Sequence record: PZ496580.1
Strand: one strand, 5' to 3'
Source of the DNA: a phage
Length of the DNA stretch: 64,000 nt
Position numbers and translations under genes: made by a program. The first letter of the stretch is position 1; every line of letters begins with the position of its first letter. Below, one piece after another: positions 1 to 9,930 of this stretch. Below the pieces are notes generated by a model that worked only from the letters and a program-made list of their open reading frames with translations, was not told where the DNA came from and did not search any database.

Positions 1-2126
1 ATACCCGCGCTATTACTCCTAAGAAATTAGAAGAACGTCGAGCGTCCGAGGATCTTGCTGGTATTGCTGAAATTGTTCAGGTTGGCGGTCGTGCTGCCGC
101 TCGACGTGGCGAAGCTGGTACAGGGATCTATAACATCAACGACCATGCTAAAATTGTTACGCCACAAAACATCAACGAAGTTAAGGCGACAGAAACTTCC
201 CGTGGTGTTGGCTATCTGGCAACTGACGCGGAAGTGCAAGGGGCTACAGAATCAACCCCGCAAGATGCTTTACTAATCACGACTCGCACGCTAACGAAAC
301 GTACTGCTACCGAATCGCGTACTGGTATCGCTGAAATTGCAACTCAGGAAGAAACAAACTTAGGTCAAAGTGATAACCATATCATCACGCCTAAAAAGCT
401 GCATACTCGCCGCGCAACGGAAACTTTACACGGTTTAGCAGAAATTGCAACTCAGCCGGAATTTGACGCAGGTCGTGACGATGCTCGCATTTCTACCCCA
501 TTGAAGATTAAAACCTTCTTTGAGAATGCACAGCGCTTGAAAGTAGATCCGACTCAGGGGCTTAACCTTACTGGTGATTTGTGGCAAGGTATCATGATCA
601 GCGGTCTGGATGCAACCGAAGACACAAAAGGTGTCGCTAAAGTTGCTACTACTCAGCTTACGGATGCTGGTCAAGATGATACTACAATCATTACTCCTAA
701 AAAGCTGCAAGGCAAAAAGGCAACCGAAGGTAAAGAAGGTATTATCCGAGTTGGTACTCAAGCCGAAACCGTGGCTGGTACACTGGCTAATGTAGCAATT
801 TCTCCGAAGAACTTCAAATATGTTGTTCAGACAGAGGATACATGGAAAGCAACCGAAGCGCGTCGTGGTTTCTTGAAAGTTGCTACTCAGGAAAACTGTT
901 TTGTTGGTGACAATCTGCAAGGTTCTACTCAAGAACTAGTAAACTACCCGCATGACGGAATTGCTGTTACCCCGAAAGGATTAAACTATGCACTTGCTAA
1001 TTTCTTACCTAAGATGGCAACCGCTCAGAATAGTTTGAAATTGGGTAACGTAGAGGCCGCTAAATGGGCGCGTAGAGACATTGACCAGACCATTGAGAGC
1101 AATTACACGTTTAATAAAAACGTTAACGTGAAGGGCGATTTAGAGTGCTTAAAATCAGGTTCCTTTGAAACTCTGTATGTGACTAAGAACTCTACTGATG
1201 ATCCGAGTAATGGTCATCTGGTGTTGGGTGAGCGTGGAGTTGACGGTCACACCGGAATTACTCTGCATGGCACAACAGAATCGGAAGGTATGGAAAACTC
1301 ATGGTCTATTATCGTTGGTGGTACTGGTACGGCGCAAGTAGTTGATGGTGATGCGATCGCTTTCGGTAAAATTAATGATGGTGGATTCGTCGAGCATTAC
1401 GCCTTTGCTATGGAACACAATGGCGACGCGGCAGCATATCGAGACTTTATTGCAGGTCGTAACCTGTATGCGAAACAAGGCGGTTTATACATTGTTGACC
1501 AGTCTAATCCGGCAATGACTCGTTCCCCGGATGGTATGCTGAATATCGGTCACGGTGGAAGTGTTAACATCAAGGCAGGTTATCAAACGTTAACTACAGA
1601 GATCGCCGGACAGAAATATCAGATCGTACACGCAGGAAACGCTGACGAAGTTCTTAACCGTCAGTTTGTTAAGAATGCTGGCGATACAATGGTCGGTAAG
1701 CTGATTATGGATAATGCGCCTATTGTTTCTGTTAAGCATGAAGCTAGCGCAGCAACCGCTCCGGCAATCGGTAACATCGGTTTCTGGAATATGCGCGTTA
1801 CTACCCAGAACATCAAAGAAACTTATCCAGAGAAGAAAAACGGTACTCTGATGCAATGGGGTACTGACGAGGACGGGCTTACCCAGCTTTGGTCCCCTGA
1901 TGGTACTCATAAACATTATATCCGTTCCGGTACTGGTGGTCAATGGACCGCATGGGGTGAAATTTACACCAAACAGAATAAGCCTACCGCTCAGGAAATC
2001 GGGGCAGTAGTTGCAGAAGGTGGTTTAATGAACTCTATGACGGTTCGTGATTGGATCAAAGTTGGTAATGTTAAAATCATCGCCAATAATCTGACTCGTA
2101 CCGTAGACTTTATCTGGGAAGACTAA
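1..2126 (+). CDS. 34: Long tail fiber proximal subunit gp34, C-terminal ~700 codons (5' end outside window)
   Basis: Frame open from nt 3 to stop at 2126. Repeated ITPKKL..TE..G.AEIATQ motifs and C-terminus ...VGNVKIIANNLTRTVDFIWED match remembered T4 gp34. Followed by 35-36-37. Confidence 0.85.
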   Translation, partial: TRAITPKKLEERRASEDLAGIAEIVQVGGRAAARRGEAGTGIYNINDHAKIVTPQNINEVKATETSRGVGYLATDAEVQGATESTPQDALLITTRTLTKRTATESRTGIAEIATQEETNLGQSDNHIITPKKLHTRRATETLHGLAEIATQPEFDAGRDDARISTPLKIKTFFENAQRLKVDPTQGLNLTGDLWQGIMISGLDATEDTKGVAKVATTQLTDAGQDDTTIITPKKLQGKKATEGKEGIIRVGTQAETVAGTLANVAISPKNFKYVVQTEDTWKATEARRGFLKVATQENCFVGDNLQGSTQELVNYPHDGIAVTPKGLNYALANFLPKMATAQNSLKLGNVEAAKWARRDIDQTIESNYTFNKNVNVKGDLECLKSGSFETLYVTKNSTDDPSNGHLVLGERGVDGHTGITLHGTTESEGMENSWSIIVGGTGTAQVVDGDAIAFGKINDGGFVEHYAFAMEHNGDAAAYRDFIAGRNLYAKQGGLYIVDQSNPAMTRSPDGMLNIGHGGSVNIKAGYQTLTTEIAGQKYQIVHAGNADEVLNRQFVKNAGDTMVGKLIMDNAPIVSVKHEASAATAPAIGNIGFWNMRVTTQNIKETYPEKKNGTLMQWGTDEDGLTQLWSPDGTHKHYIRSGTGGQWTAWGEIYTKQNKPTAQEIGAVVAEGGLMNSMTVRDWIKVGNVKIIANNLTRTVDFIWED

Positions 2127-2131
2127 TTAAA

Positions 2132-2148
2132 GGGGGGCGAAAGCCCCC
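2132..2148 (+). other. GC-rich stem-loop (GGGGGGCGAAAGCCCCC) between 34 and 35, no U-tract
   Basis: Perfect 6-7 bp inverted repeat with GAAA loop, 12 nt before the gp35 ATG. Confidence 0.3.
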
Positions 2149-2160
2149 TATGGGGTTATT

Positions 2161-3300
2161 ATGACACAAGAGATAGAATTACGCAATACTGGAATTAAGT
2201 TTGCGCATTTCGATGAGGACTCCGCGACATTTACCAGCATTTCAGAAAATAACTCTGTAATGTATAAACTTGAGGTTAGAGGATCTAATGCGGATTCTAC
2301 CAAACCAGCAAGGATTAGATTTAATGGAGTGGAGATCGTTGGCACTGGTTATGAAAATGGCCTAAATTTTAAAGTTCTTACTCCAACTGGACAATTACAC
2401 GAAGAAAAGGTATTCTATGGTCGAGGTGCTGTTTTGGCAATGCGTGATTATCTTTCTTTGCTGAAAGGTGATTATATCATTGCGATGGCAACGCATGGAG
2501 AATTGTTTGCAGATCCGGTAAGTGATGATGTATTTTCTAAGCTGGGATCGGTATCATTCCCGAATCACATTTTGCTACAGCAAATGCCTCGTGTATCATA
2601 TGCAGCAATTTATTCTACGAAAATGGGTAAAATTGTTTGTGAAGGTATGCAAGCGACCCACGGGGAAGGACAAGATTCATCTATACAAATTGAGAAGGTT
2701 TATGATACTATAGATGATCTTGCTATAACAGGAACACCACAACGATTTTTAGATTATCCGGTTGAATATGTTAGCGAAGATGCCGAACATTTCGAGCTAG
2801 TACAATGGCCTCATGATGAGATCAGCGCACCACTTGAATATTTTAACATAAAGGCAGGTGACAAACTATCAATATCTTTTGAATTGTTCCGTGATAGTGC
2901 CGCAGCCGCAGCCAACGTAACAGCGCGTTTCTATCACAACTACTTCACCGATGGACAATATAAAACTGGTGTTCGATACAATGCCAGCAAAAAAGATCAA
3001 TGGGAAAAGTTTGAAGCCGTCTATACCGTACCGGAAGGAGTTGATAGTGTAGTAACTGGTTGCGTTAGATATCCAACCAACTCCAATGAAGGTATTGTTA
3101 AAGTTAGAAACATACTAATAACGCCGATCAGTGGAGTCGTCAAAACTACTGGTCCTACTTCATTTGGTGTTAATGGTGTTAGAACAACTCATATTCAGGA
3201 TAACGGTGATTTTACTAACCCTGTAATGAGTCTTCTTAAACTACCCAGAGACAATAAACATATCACATCCAACAACTTTAAAGAGTTCGATGTTGATTAA
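2161..3300 (+). CDS. 35: Long tail fiber hinge connector gp35 (379 aa)
   Basis: Position between 34 and 36; size close to T4 gp35 (372 aa). Assignment mainly by synteny. Confidence 0.7.
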   Translation: MTQEIELRNTGIKFAHFDEDSATFTSISENNSVMYKLEVRGSNADSTKPARIRFNGVEIVGTGYENGLNFKVLTPTGQLHEEKVFYGRGAVLAMRDYLSLLKGDYIIAMATHGELFADPVSDDVFSKLGSVSFPNHILLQQMPRVSYAAIYSTKMGKIVCEGMQATHGEGQDSSIQIEKVYDTIDDLAITGTPQRFLDYPVEYVSEDAEHFELVQWPHDEISAPLEYFNIKAGDKLSISFELFRDSAAAAANVTARFYHNYFTDGQYKTGVRYNASKKDQWEKFEAVYTVPEGVDSVVTGCVRYPTNSNEGIVKVRNILITPISGVVKTTGPTSFGVNGVRTTHIQDNGDFTNPVMSLLKLPRDNKHITSNNFKEFDVD

Positions 3301-3311
3301 CATTTTTAACA

Positions 3312-3340
3312 AGCCGATCCATGTGGTCGGCTTTATTTTT
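3312..3340 (+). terminator. Rho-independent terminator after gene 35
   Basis: Hairpin AGCCGA-N9-TCGGCT followed by TTTATTTTTAT. Confidence 0.6.
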
Positions 3341-3462
3341 ATACAGTTGGTTAAATTATAACCAAAACGAAGAAAGATCTTTAGAATATAGAAAAGTTTG
3401 TTTCGGTTAAAAATTAGTCAGTGCCTACGGCACGTCGCGAAGCGATATTTTGTTAACATTCT

Positions 3463-3470
3463 ATAAATAC
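3463..3470 (+). promoter_or_regulatory. T4-type late promoter TATAAATA upstream of gene 36
   Basis: Exact TATAAATA 33 nt upstream of the gp36 ATG. Confidence 0.6.
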
Positions 3471-3502
3471 TCGGAACTATAACTAATTTTTGAGGTTACT
3501 TT

Positions 3503-4993
3503 ATGGCAGATTTGAAACATGGATCTACTGTAGGCGGATCTCCCATTTGGACGCAAGGAAACTTGACGATCCAGCCAGCGGGAGATCAGCTTTTCTACAA
3601 AGGTCATAAAATCTATACCGCTTTTGATAGACCTTCGGCTACCGATTTTGATGCTGTTAGTGCATCCGAAGGTGGCACATTTCAAAAGCAAGTTCATTTC
3701 GAGGAAGGTTTAAGCGTAGGTAGCGCATCGGCTGGAGAAACCAAAAAGAATGGTATCTTTAAAGGCCAGAGTGATGCTGCTAATTTTGACGGCGTAAGCT
3801 GGGGTTTGCATTCATGGAAGTCAATCGGCTTTGTTAATGCCCGTGATGGCGTTATCATGGCGTATATTGACACCACAACGGGCGAATTTAAGTCTAAAGG
3901 GACTATCGAAGGGACAACCATTAAAGACACAGGTCAACGCGTCTACAGCCCTGTTAATAAACCGACGAATAATGATTTGGATTTGGTTTCCCGTCGCGGT
4001 GATACTCTCACAGGAACATATAATTTAAACACTGTCACTGTTAAACTATCGGTTGATTCGAAATTAATTGCAAGGGAACGTGATTTAATTAATTTTGATG
4101 CGACTAAGATCTATTATGGTAACGTTCTTGATACGTTGGTCTTCCGAAGTAAAGATGAGCCTACCATTTTTGTTAATGGCAAAGAAGGTCGTTTTTATCA
4201 CACCAACAATAAACCAACTAAAGCCGATGTTGGACTAGGCAATGTCACCAATGATGCACAGGTTAAACGTGCTGGTGATATTATGGAAGGTAACTTGCAA
4301 GCGCCTAGAATGTTGGCGACAAACGATCCTGCTGGTCCTAATGAATTGGTTCGTTTGAGCTACTTTGAGAAAAAATCAATGGTAGCAAATCCAACCATCA
4401 TTGGAAACGTTGATTGGAACACTCTTATTAATCGCGGTATCTATCGTGTGGAAAATGCTGGGTCAGGTACTAACAAACCGTCTGATAGCTATTATAACGG
4501 CGTTTTGATGGTATATCGCCCAGAAGATGCGGTCGGTACTCGTCGAATTGTTCAGGTTTATTATCCTGAATCTATTGACCATCCGATGTGCTGGCGTTCT
4601 TGTTCTAATGAATCATGGACTGCATGGAACTATGTAGATCACCGTAAATTAGCCGATATTCGCTATGTTAACGTAACTGGCGATACCATGACAGGACAGT
4701 TAACTGTTCCGGCTGCAAATGGCGTTAAAACGGCTAGAGGTGCATATAATGGTGATAACTACTATGCTGGGTTAAATAGTGCTGATGGCACGGCTATGAT
4801 TCACCGTATCAGCGATATTAAAGCCACCGAAAAATTGGGTATTACGCACGATTCTAAAGCTGTTTTCATTAAAGCGCGTGGAAATACTCAAGACACAGAC
4901 CGCTATGAACTTTACCACGAAGGCCATAAACCGACACCCGCAGAGGTTGGCGCGGTTCCACTTAATGCGGTGATTGATTTTGGTACTTTCTAA
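3503..4993 (+). CDS. 36: Long tail fiber distal-half connector gp36, enlarged (496 aa vs 221 aa in T4)
   Basis: N-terminus MADLKHGSTVGGSPIWTQGN...PAGD matches remembered T4 gp36 N-terminus MADLKVGSTTGGSVIWHQGN. SD GAGG before ATG. Confidence 0.85.
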   Translation: MADLKHGSTVGGSPIWTQGNLTIQPAGDQLFYKGHKIYTAFDRPSATDFDAVSASEGGTFQKQVHFEEGLSVGSASAGETKKNGIFKGQSDAANFDGVSWGLHSWKSIGFVNARDGVIMAYIDTTTGEFKSKGTIEGTTIKDTGQRVYSPVNKPTNNDLDLVSRRGDTLTGTYNLNTVTVKLSVDSKLIARERDLINFDATKIYYGNVLDTLVFRSKDEPTIFVNGKEGRFYHTNNKPTKADVGLGNVTNDAQVKRAGDIMEGNLQAPRMLATNDPAGPNELVRLSYFEKKSMVANPTIIGNVDWNTLINRGIYRVENAGSGTNKPSDSYYNGVLMVYRPEDAVGTRRIVQVYYPESIDHPMCWRSCSNESWTAWNYVDHRKLADIRYVNVTGDTMTGQLTVPAANGVKTARGAYNGDNYYAGLNSADGTAMIHRISDIKATEKLGITHDSKAVFIKARGNTQDTDRYELYHEGHKPTPAEVGAVPLNAVIDFGTF

Positions 4994-4997
4994 TTTT

Positions 4998-5022
4998 AGC
5001 GGGGAGATAATCCCCGCTTTTC
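4998..5022 (+). terminator. Rho-independent terminator after gene 36
   Basis: AGCGGGGA-GATAA-TCCCCGCT hairpin followed by TTTT. Confidence 0.6.
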
Positions 5023-5063
5023 TAAATAATATTATTCTAATAACCGTTTAAGGATTTTATAAA

Positions 5064-7976
5064 ATGGCAGATTTAAGCAGAATCCAATTTAAACGCACTA
5101 GCACTAAAGGTCGTCGACCTGATGCTGGTACGATGAATCCGGGGGAATTGGCAATCAACCTTGCGGATCAATATCTTCTTACTAAAAATGATTCCGGTGC
5201 TATTATCAATTTAAGTTGTCCTCCGGTTTATGACCGCGATGTTACAATGGCTGGTAAAGTTAAAGGTAATAATTATATCTTAAGTAAAACCGCTAACTAT
5301 TTGGAAGACCAGACAGCGAGAGACCTTAACTACTTTGGTGCTTTCCGTACCAATGGTCTTGATGGCTTTCTCGAACTCACGCTAAACGTTCCTCATTCTT
5401 CTGGTGTTCAGCATGGTCGAGGATTTACTTTCCAGTATGGACACACTGGATCACGAGTAGAAACCTATGGCTATAATAGAGAAGGTCAAAAAGCATTTAG
5501 CTATAAAATGTATCACGAAGGTGATAAACCAACTCCTGGAGAATTGAACGTTTACAGCAAACAAGAAGTTGACCGTATGTTTGTTAAAAACGTTAAACTT
5601 GCTACAGTTCCTGTTGATACCGTTGAAGGCTATTTTAAATTAGCAACTGCAATGATTCCACAAAACGGTCGTAGCGTATTTTTCCGTATTCATGGCGGCA
5701 ACGGATATAATGTTACTGCATACGATCAAGTTGATATTGTAGAAATTGTTATTCGCAGTGGAAATAATCGCCCTAAAAGTGTTAACGTTATTGCATATCG
5801 CCGAAATACAAACAAATCATTTGATGTTTTGGCTGTTAATACTTCTGGTGATAACTATGATATCTATGTGAAATATCAGCGTTACACTGATAACGTTATT
5901 GTTGAATTTGGTAAAAGTGTTGATGTTAATCTGGTAGTTCATGACGTTCCAGACTTTGTTGCTGACCGTCCTGCTGGCGATAATGTTATTGGCGGTCGCG
6001 CGGTAACTCTTTTCAACACCGAAAACAAACGCGGTGTATTGAGTTTTGACGATAACACACAAAATAGTTATGATATTGTTCACTTGAGTAATGATAAAGG
6101 TACTGGACGAAAATATATTCGTAAATTCCGTAGCAACTATAACGAAATGATCTGGCATGAGACTGTTCAAGGTAATACATATCGATTGGCAACCGGAACG
6201 ACTGATGCATCGGAAGTTTTTAGAATTACTAGTCGCACCATGTTTACTGGTAAAGGTGTATTTGATGCCGGACAAAACGTTCTTAGATTAGAGCGTCCTA
6301 GTAACCAATCAAACTATATTGAATGGCAAGATCGCCGAAATGGTGCTGATGCTCGTCAAGGTTGGATCGGTTTTGGTAGTGCTGAAACAAATAACTTCCA
6401 ATGGTATAGCGATCACGGAAAAAACTCATTCCAGTTGGATGCTAATGGTCAATGCTCTATTACTACTGGTGCGACCAAAATTGTATATACCAACGGACAA
6501 TATTATTCCGCTAACTCTGATGCATATCGTATGATCTATGGCAATTACGGTGCATTCTGGCGCAATGACGGGACTAAAGTTTATCTTCTTTCCACCAAAG
6601 AAAATGACCGTTTTGGTGGATGGAACGGCAACCGACCATTCATTTACGATTTGACGACTGGTAAAGTTACTTTAGGTGGTGACGGTAACGAAGGTGCATT
6701 AGTTCTTGAAAGAGATAGCCGTGCGGCTAGATTTGCTGGCGACATTTACGTTGGCAAAGGGATGTTAACATTTGATGCCGGACGATTAAATTCTCGTGAT
6801 TACTTCCGGTTTAACCATTGGGGCGATAGCAATAACGCGCGTGATAACATCCTACAGCTTGACGATAGCAAAGGTGCACACTTCACCACTGAACGTACTT
6901 TAGCAACTGGTGCGATTAAAACTAAATTCTTCGGTGATTTGGAATCTGCTGGTCAGATTAAATGGGGTAAAGGGACCGCCACATCTACGTTTACTATACG
7001 TGTTTGGGGTGCTGATGCTCGTAAACAAATATTTGAATGCGGCGATGAAAGCGGGTGGCATTGGTATACACAGCGTGCTGGTGGACCGGGAACTCCCGCA
7101 ATTGATTTTAGTATTAACGGTACTGTAAGGCCGCAAACTATGGATTGTGGCGGTAATATCACCCTTCGTGGTGCTGATATTGAATTTAAACGAAGCGGTA
7201 ACAAGCATTTATGGTTTAGAGATCCAAACGGATTAGAATTGGGTTTGATTTATTGTGATGATGCTGGTGTTATTCGTGTCCGTGGTGAGAAGTCGACCGA
7301 AGTATGGAAATTCTCGGCAAAACAGATTCATTTAGAAACGGGTACTGCCGGAAATGGTGTAGGCTTGCTTCGTGGTGCTGTAGGTGGTGGCGCATGGACT
7401 CAATGGAGAGATCGTGGTACTGGTTTGCAGGTTGACTGTCAGCAATCAGAAAACTCAGCACACAACATATGGCGAGCGACTCATCAAGGCAAATACCATC
7501 TTGCAGCAATGGGTGTTCATGCATCCGGTGGTAGTGTTGCTAATACCGTTGTTAGATTACATGTCCATGACTCAAACTATGATTTCACTGCGGTTGGTGA
7601 CTTCACCGCAGGTCGTAACGGTTCGTTTAACGATGTGTACATTCGTTCTGATGCTCGCCTTAAAATCAACAAGGAAGAGTATAAGGAGAATGCCACCGAT
7701 AAAGTTAATCGCTTGACGGTATATACCTATGACAAGGTTAAATCTTTAACCGACCGTACTGTCATTGCTCATGAAGTTGGTATTATTGCTCAGGATCTTG
7801 AGAAAGAATTGCCAGAAGCAGTAACAACCTCGAAGATCGGCGACGGTGATACACCAGAAGAGATCTTAACAATTTCTAACTCTGCTGTCAACGCTCTTTT
7901 AATTAAGGCGTTTCAGGAAATGAGCGAAGAATTGAAAGCCGTTAAAGCTGAACTAGCGGAACTTAAAAAGAATTAA
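5064..7976 (+). CDS. 37: Long tail fiber distal subunit gp37 (970 aa) with C-terminal intramolecular chaperone domain
   Basis: N-terminus MADLSRIQFKRTSTKGRRPDAGTMNPGELAINL resembles remembered T4 gp37 [28 protein letters not shown]. C-terminus has S-D-A-R-L-K motif and helical tail typical of S74-type auto-chaperones. Confidence 0.9.
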   Translation: MADLSRIQFKRTSTKGRRPDAGTMNPGELAINLADQYLLTKNDSGAIINLSCPPVYDRDVTMAGKVKGNNYILSKTANYLEDQTARDLNYFGAFRTNGLDGFLELTLNVPHSSGVQHGRGFTFQYGHTGSRVETYGYNREGQKAFSYKMYHEGDKPTPGELNVYSKQEVDRMFVKNVKLATVPVDTVEGYFKLATAMIPQNGRSVFFRIHGGNGYNVTAYDQVDIVEIVIRSGNNRPKSVNVIAYRRNTNKSFDVLAVNTSGDNYDIYVKYQRYTDNVIVEFGKSVDVNLVVHDVPDFVADRPAGDNVIGGRAVTLFNTENKRGVLSFDDNTQNSYDIVHLSNDKGTGRKYIRKFRSNYNEMIWHETVQGNTYRLATGTTDASEVFRITSRTMFTGKGVFDAGQNVLRLERPSNQSNYIEWQDRRNGADARQGWIGFGSAETNNFQWYSDHGKNSFQLDANGQCSITTGATKIVYTNGQYYSANSDAYRMIYGNYGAFWRNDGTKVYLLSTKENDRFGGWNGNRPFIYDLTTGKVTLGGDGNEGALVLERDSRAARFAGDIYVGKGMLTFDAGRLNSRDYFRFNHWGDSNNARDNILQLDDSKGAHFTTERTLATGAIKTKFFGDLESAGQIKWGKGTATSTFTIRVWGADARKQIFECGDESGWHWYTQRAGGPGTPAIDFSINGTVRPQTMDCGGNITLRGADIEFKRSGNKHLWFRDPNGLELGLIYCDDAGVIRVRGEKSTEVWKFSAKQIHLETGTAGNGVGLLRGAVGGGAWTQWRDRGTGLQVDCQQSENSAHNIWRATHQGKYHLAAMGVHASGGSVANTVVRLHVHDSNYDFTAVGDFTAGRNGSFNDVYIRSDARLKINKEEYKENATDKVNRLTVYTYDKVKSLTDRTVIAHEVGIIAQDLEKELPEAVTTSKIGDGDTPEEILTISNSAVNALLIKAFQEMSEELKAVKAELAELKKN
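7647..7976 (+). other. Intramolecular chaperone (peptidase S74-like) domain of gp37; predicted autocleavage at Ser of SDARLK
   Basis: ...YIRSDARLKINKEEY...GIIAQDLEKELPEAV...ALLIKAFQEMSEELKAVKAELAELKKN, the pattern of endosialidase/T5 L-fiber C-terminal chaperone domains. Confidence 0.7.
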
Positions 7977-8018
7977 GGAAAACTCCCAGGGAAGGGAAAC
8001 TACTAAGGAGAAACGGCT

Positions 8019-8258
8019 ATGGTCTATAATATCGTCATTGGTGCTTTGTCTAGTTTCGGAATGAAACTATTGTCAAAGTTAATTAGTGAAAAGATGCTCA
8101 CTAAAATTTTCTTCTATTGCGCTCGTCGTCTTGCGGCTTATACCAATACGCCAATTGATGATCGTTTTGTGGAAGAACTTTATAAGGAGTTTAATAAAGA
8201 TCAGTCAGAAGATAGTAACGAGCAAGATAAACCTAGTGATAGTCAACTACCTAAATAA
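8019..8258 (+). CDS. Hypothetical 79-aa protein between 37 and t (hydrophobic N-terminus, acidic C-terminus)
   Basis: Strong SD AAGGAG 7 nt before ATG; occupies the slot where T4 has gene 38. Confidence 0.6.
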   Translation: MVYNIVIGALSSFGMKLLSKLISEKMLTKIFFYCARRLAAYTNTPIDDRFVEELYKEFNKDQSEDSNEQDKPSDSQLPK

Positions 8259-8291
8259 GAGTACACTGTCATAGTTATCTTAGGGCATTAT

Positions 8292-8948
8292 ATGCAAGTT
8301 TCTGAAAAAGAGAAAGACTTTGCTATCTCAAATGTCCTGCGCGCTATTTTCACAACTAAAAGCACGGAGTTGCTCGTACTTCGTGTTTTTGCTGCCGTCG
8401 TGTTGTCCATATTAGCATTTGTCGTTTATAGTAAAAACGAGTTATTTGCGCTTTATAAAGAGACTCGTTATGAGACTTATGCTCACGTTCTCCAGGTAGA
8501 GAAAGACCGCAATTTTGATAATGCAGCACAGGAGCAGTTACAGATAGTTCATGTGTCGGCTGATGCCGATTTTTCTGCTGTTTTTAGTTTTCGTCCGAAA
8601 AACCTAAACTATTTTGTTGATTTGGTGGCATATGAAGGAAAGCTACCGCATACGATCGATGAAAAGAATTTAGGCGGATTCCCTATCAATAAAACGAGTG
8701 AAGAATATCGTAGGCATCTTTTAGGTAAATCCTATTTTACTGATAAAGATTTCCAGTATATTCCATCGAGGGAGAAAAAATTAGAGAATATCGATATAGG
8801 ATTCATGTATTCTTGTCCTATATTCAATCTCGATAATGTCTATTCTGGTAGTATCGCCATTGCATGGAAGAATAAACCGGATATTGACATTGAGAATTTA
8901 GATACTCTTTGCAATCAATCTGCCAGAATCCTCGGAAGGATTAGATAA
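8292..8948 (+). CDS. t: Holin t (218 aa)
   Basis: Same length as T4 holin t; EQLQIVHVSADADFSAVFSFRPKNLNYFVDLVAYEGKLP and C-terminal ARILGR match remembered T4 T. Confidence 0.9.
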   Translation: MQVSEKEKDFAISNVLRAIFTTKSTELLVLRVFAAVVLSILAFVVYSKNELFALYKETRYETYAHVLQVEKDRNFDNAAQEQLQIVHVSADADFSAVFSFRPKNLNYFVDLVAYEGKLPHTIDEKNLGGFPINKTSEEYRRHLLGKSYFTDKDFQYIPSREKKLENIDIGFMYSCPIFNLDNVYSGSIAIAWKNKPDIDIENLDTLCNQSARILGRIR

Positions 8949-8952
8949 CTTA

Positions 8953-8988
8953 AAGGGGAAGCCTTTCGGCCTCCCCTTCTTTTTTATT
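8953..8988. terminator. Convergent terminator separating plus-strand late module from minus-strand early array
   Basis: AAAGGGGAAGCC-TTTC-GGCCTCCCCTT hairpin followed by CTTTTTTATT. Confidence 0.6.
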
Positions 8989-9232
8989 GGTGCATAGAAG
9001 CCCCTGAATCACATTTTGACGCTGTATGATGAAAACAGGTAGCGTACCAGTCATCGGCTTGTTTGTCTTCGTCAGAAAACGCGTAATTTCGTTGTATACC
9101 GTTTTCTACTTTGACCAGTGCAATAGCTGTTTCTGGAAGATCAATCAATCGAACAAAATCACCATCTTCCCACTCTACACGAGCAATATCATAGCCCATC
9201 TCAAAATAAACAATCGCTTGTTCTAATTTCAT
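8984..9232 (-). CDS. Hypothetical protein (82 aa)
   Basis: Last ORF of the minus-strand array; start overlaps the stop of the upstream ORF. Confidence 0.5.
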   Translation of the reverse strand: MKLEQAIVYFEMGYDIARVEWEDGDFVRLIDLPETAIALVKVENGIQRNYAFSDEDKQADDWYATCFHHTASKCDSGASMHQ

Positions 9233-9576
9233 TCTGGAAACTTCCCGTAAATGTTCTCTGCCAGCTTACGTGCATCGCTAATAATATCTTTCATGTGATG
9301 GTCGTATTGCTTTGCCATAATAAGAATACAATCAATGAAGAATGAATAACGTCTAGAATTTACTAAAAAGTTTTTACCTAGTGAATCAAACGGATCTAGA
9401 TCATCAAGTTCGATAGATTCTCTAACTTTAGACAATTCTTTCATTACAAGGTTTACATCGTTTATAATATCTTTTGATTTATATGCGCCTTTCTTTAACA
9501 ATATGGCGGTCAATTCTGACGCAGTTTCTTGAAATTCTTTCTGATAAGCTGAGTTTACATCATCGATATTAAACAT
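9229..9576 (-). CDS. Hypothetical protein (115 aa), tandem paralog of the next ORF
   Basis: MFNIDD... start and ...ENIYGKF end mirror the adjacent ORF (MFNFDQ...ENIYGNI). Confidence 0.55.
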   Translation of the reverse strand: MFNIDDVNSAYQKEFQETASELTAILLKKGAYKSKDIINDVNLVMKELSKVRESIELDDLDPFDSLGKNFLVNSRRYSFFIDCILIMAKQYDHHMKDIISDARKLAENIYGKFPE

Positions 9577-9585
9577 AATCGCCTC

Positions 9586-9918
9586 TCAAATATTGCCGTA
9601 AATGTTTTCAGTCATGGTTCTTGCTTCTTCCAGCATTTTGGTCATGCTCATGGTGTAGTTGTTATCTCGTACAGACTTAATAACGACAAGCAAGGAATCT
9701 AGGAAAACTTTATATACTCTCCATTTTACGCTATTGTTGAATAGTTTTATATCTTCTACTTTATCGATCAGATAACCTAAAACAGATAGCGCCTCGTTCA
9801 CTTCTTCCGTTACTTTACTGCCACTAAACCAGATGGGGTAAAGCTGGATTGACAGCGACCGTGCTGCCTCTTTCAGTTCGGTCGCCTTCCATGATTCATA
9901 TTGATCAAAGTTAAACAT
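9586..9918 (-). CDS. Hypothetical protein (110 aa), tandem paralog
   Basis: Shared N- and C-terminal motifs with 9229..9576. Confidence 0.55.
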   Translation of the reverse strand: MFNFDQYESWKATELKEAARSLSIQLYPIWFSGSKVTEEVNEALSVLGYLIDKVEDIKLFNNSVKWRVYKVFLDSLLVVIKSVRDNNYTMSMTKMLEEARTMTENIYGNI

Positions 9919-9930
9919 TATAGAATACCC

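Noticed and set aside
435-932. Minus-strand 165-aa ORF and other ORFs antisense to gp34-gp37 (for example 1590-1943, 5817-6275, 6900-7208)
   Set aside because: They lie wholly inside strongly supported plus-strand tail fiber genes on the opposite strand, with no start signals; shadow ORFs.
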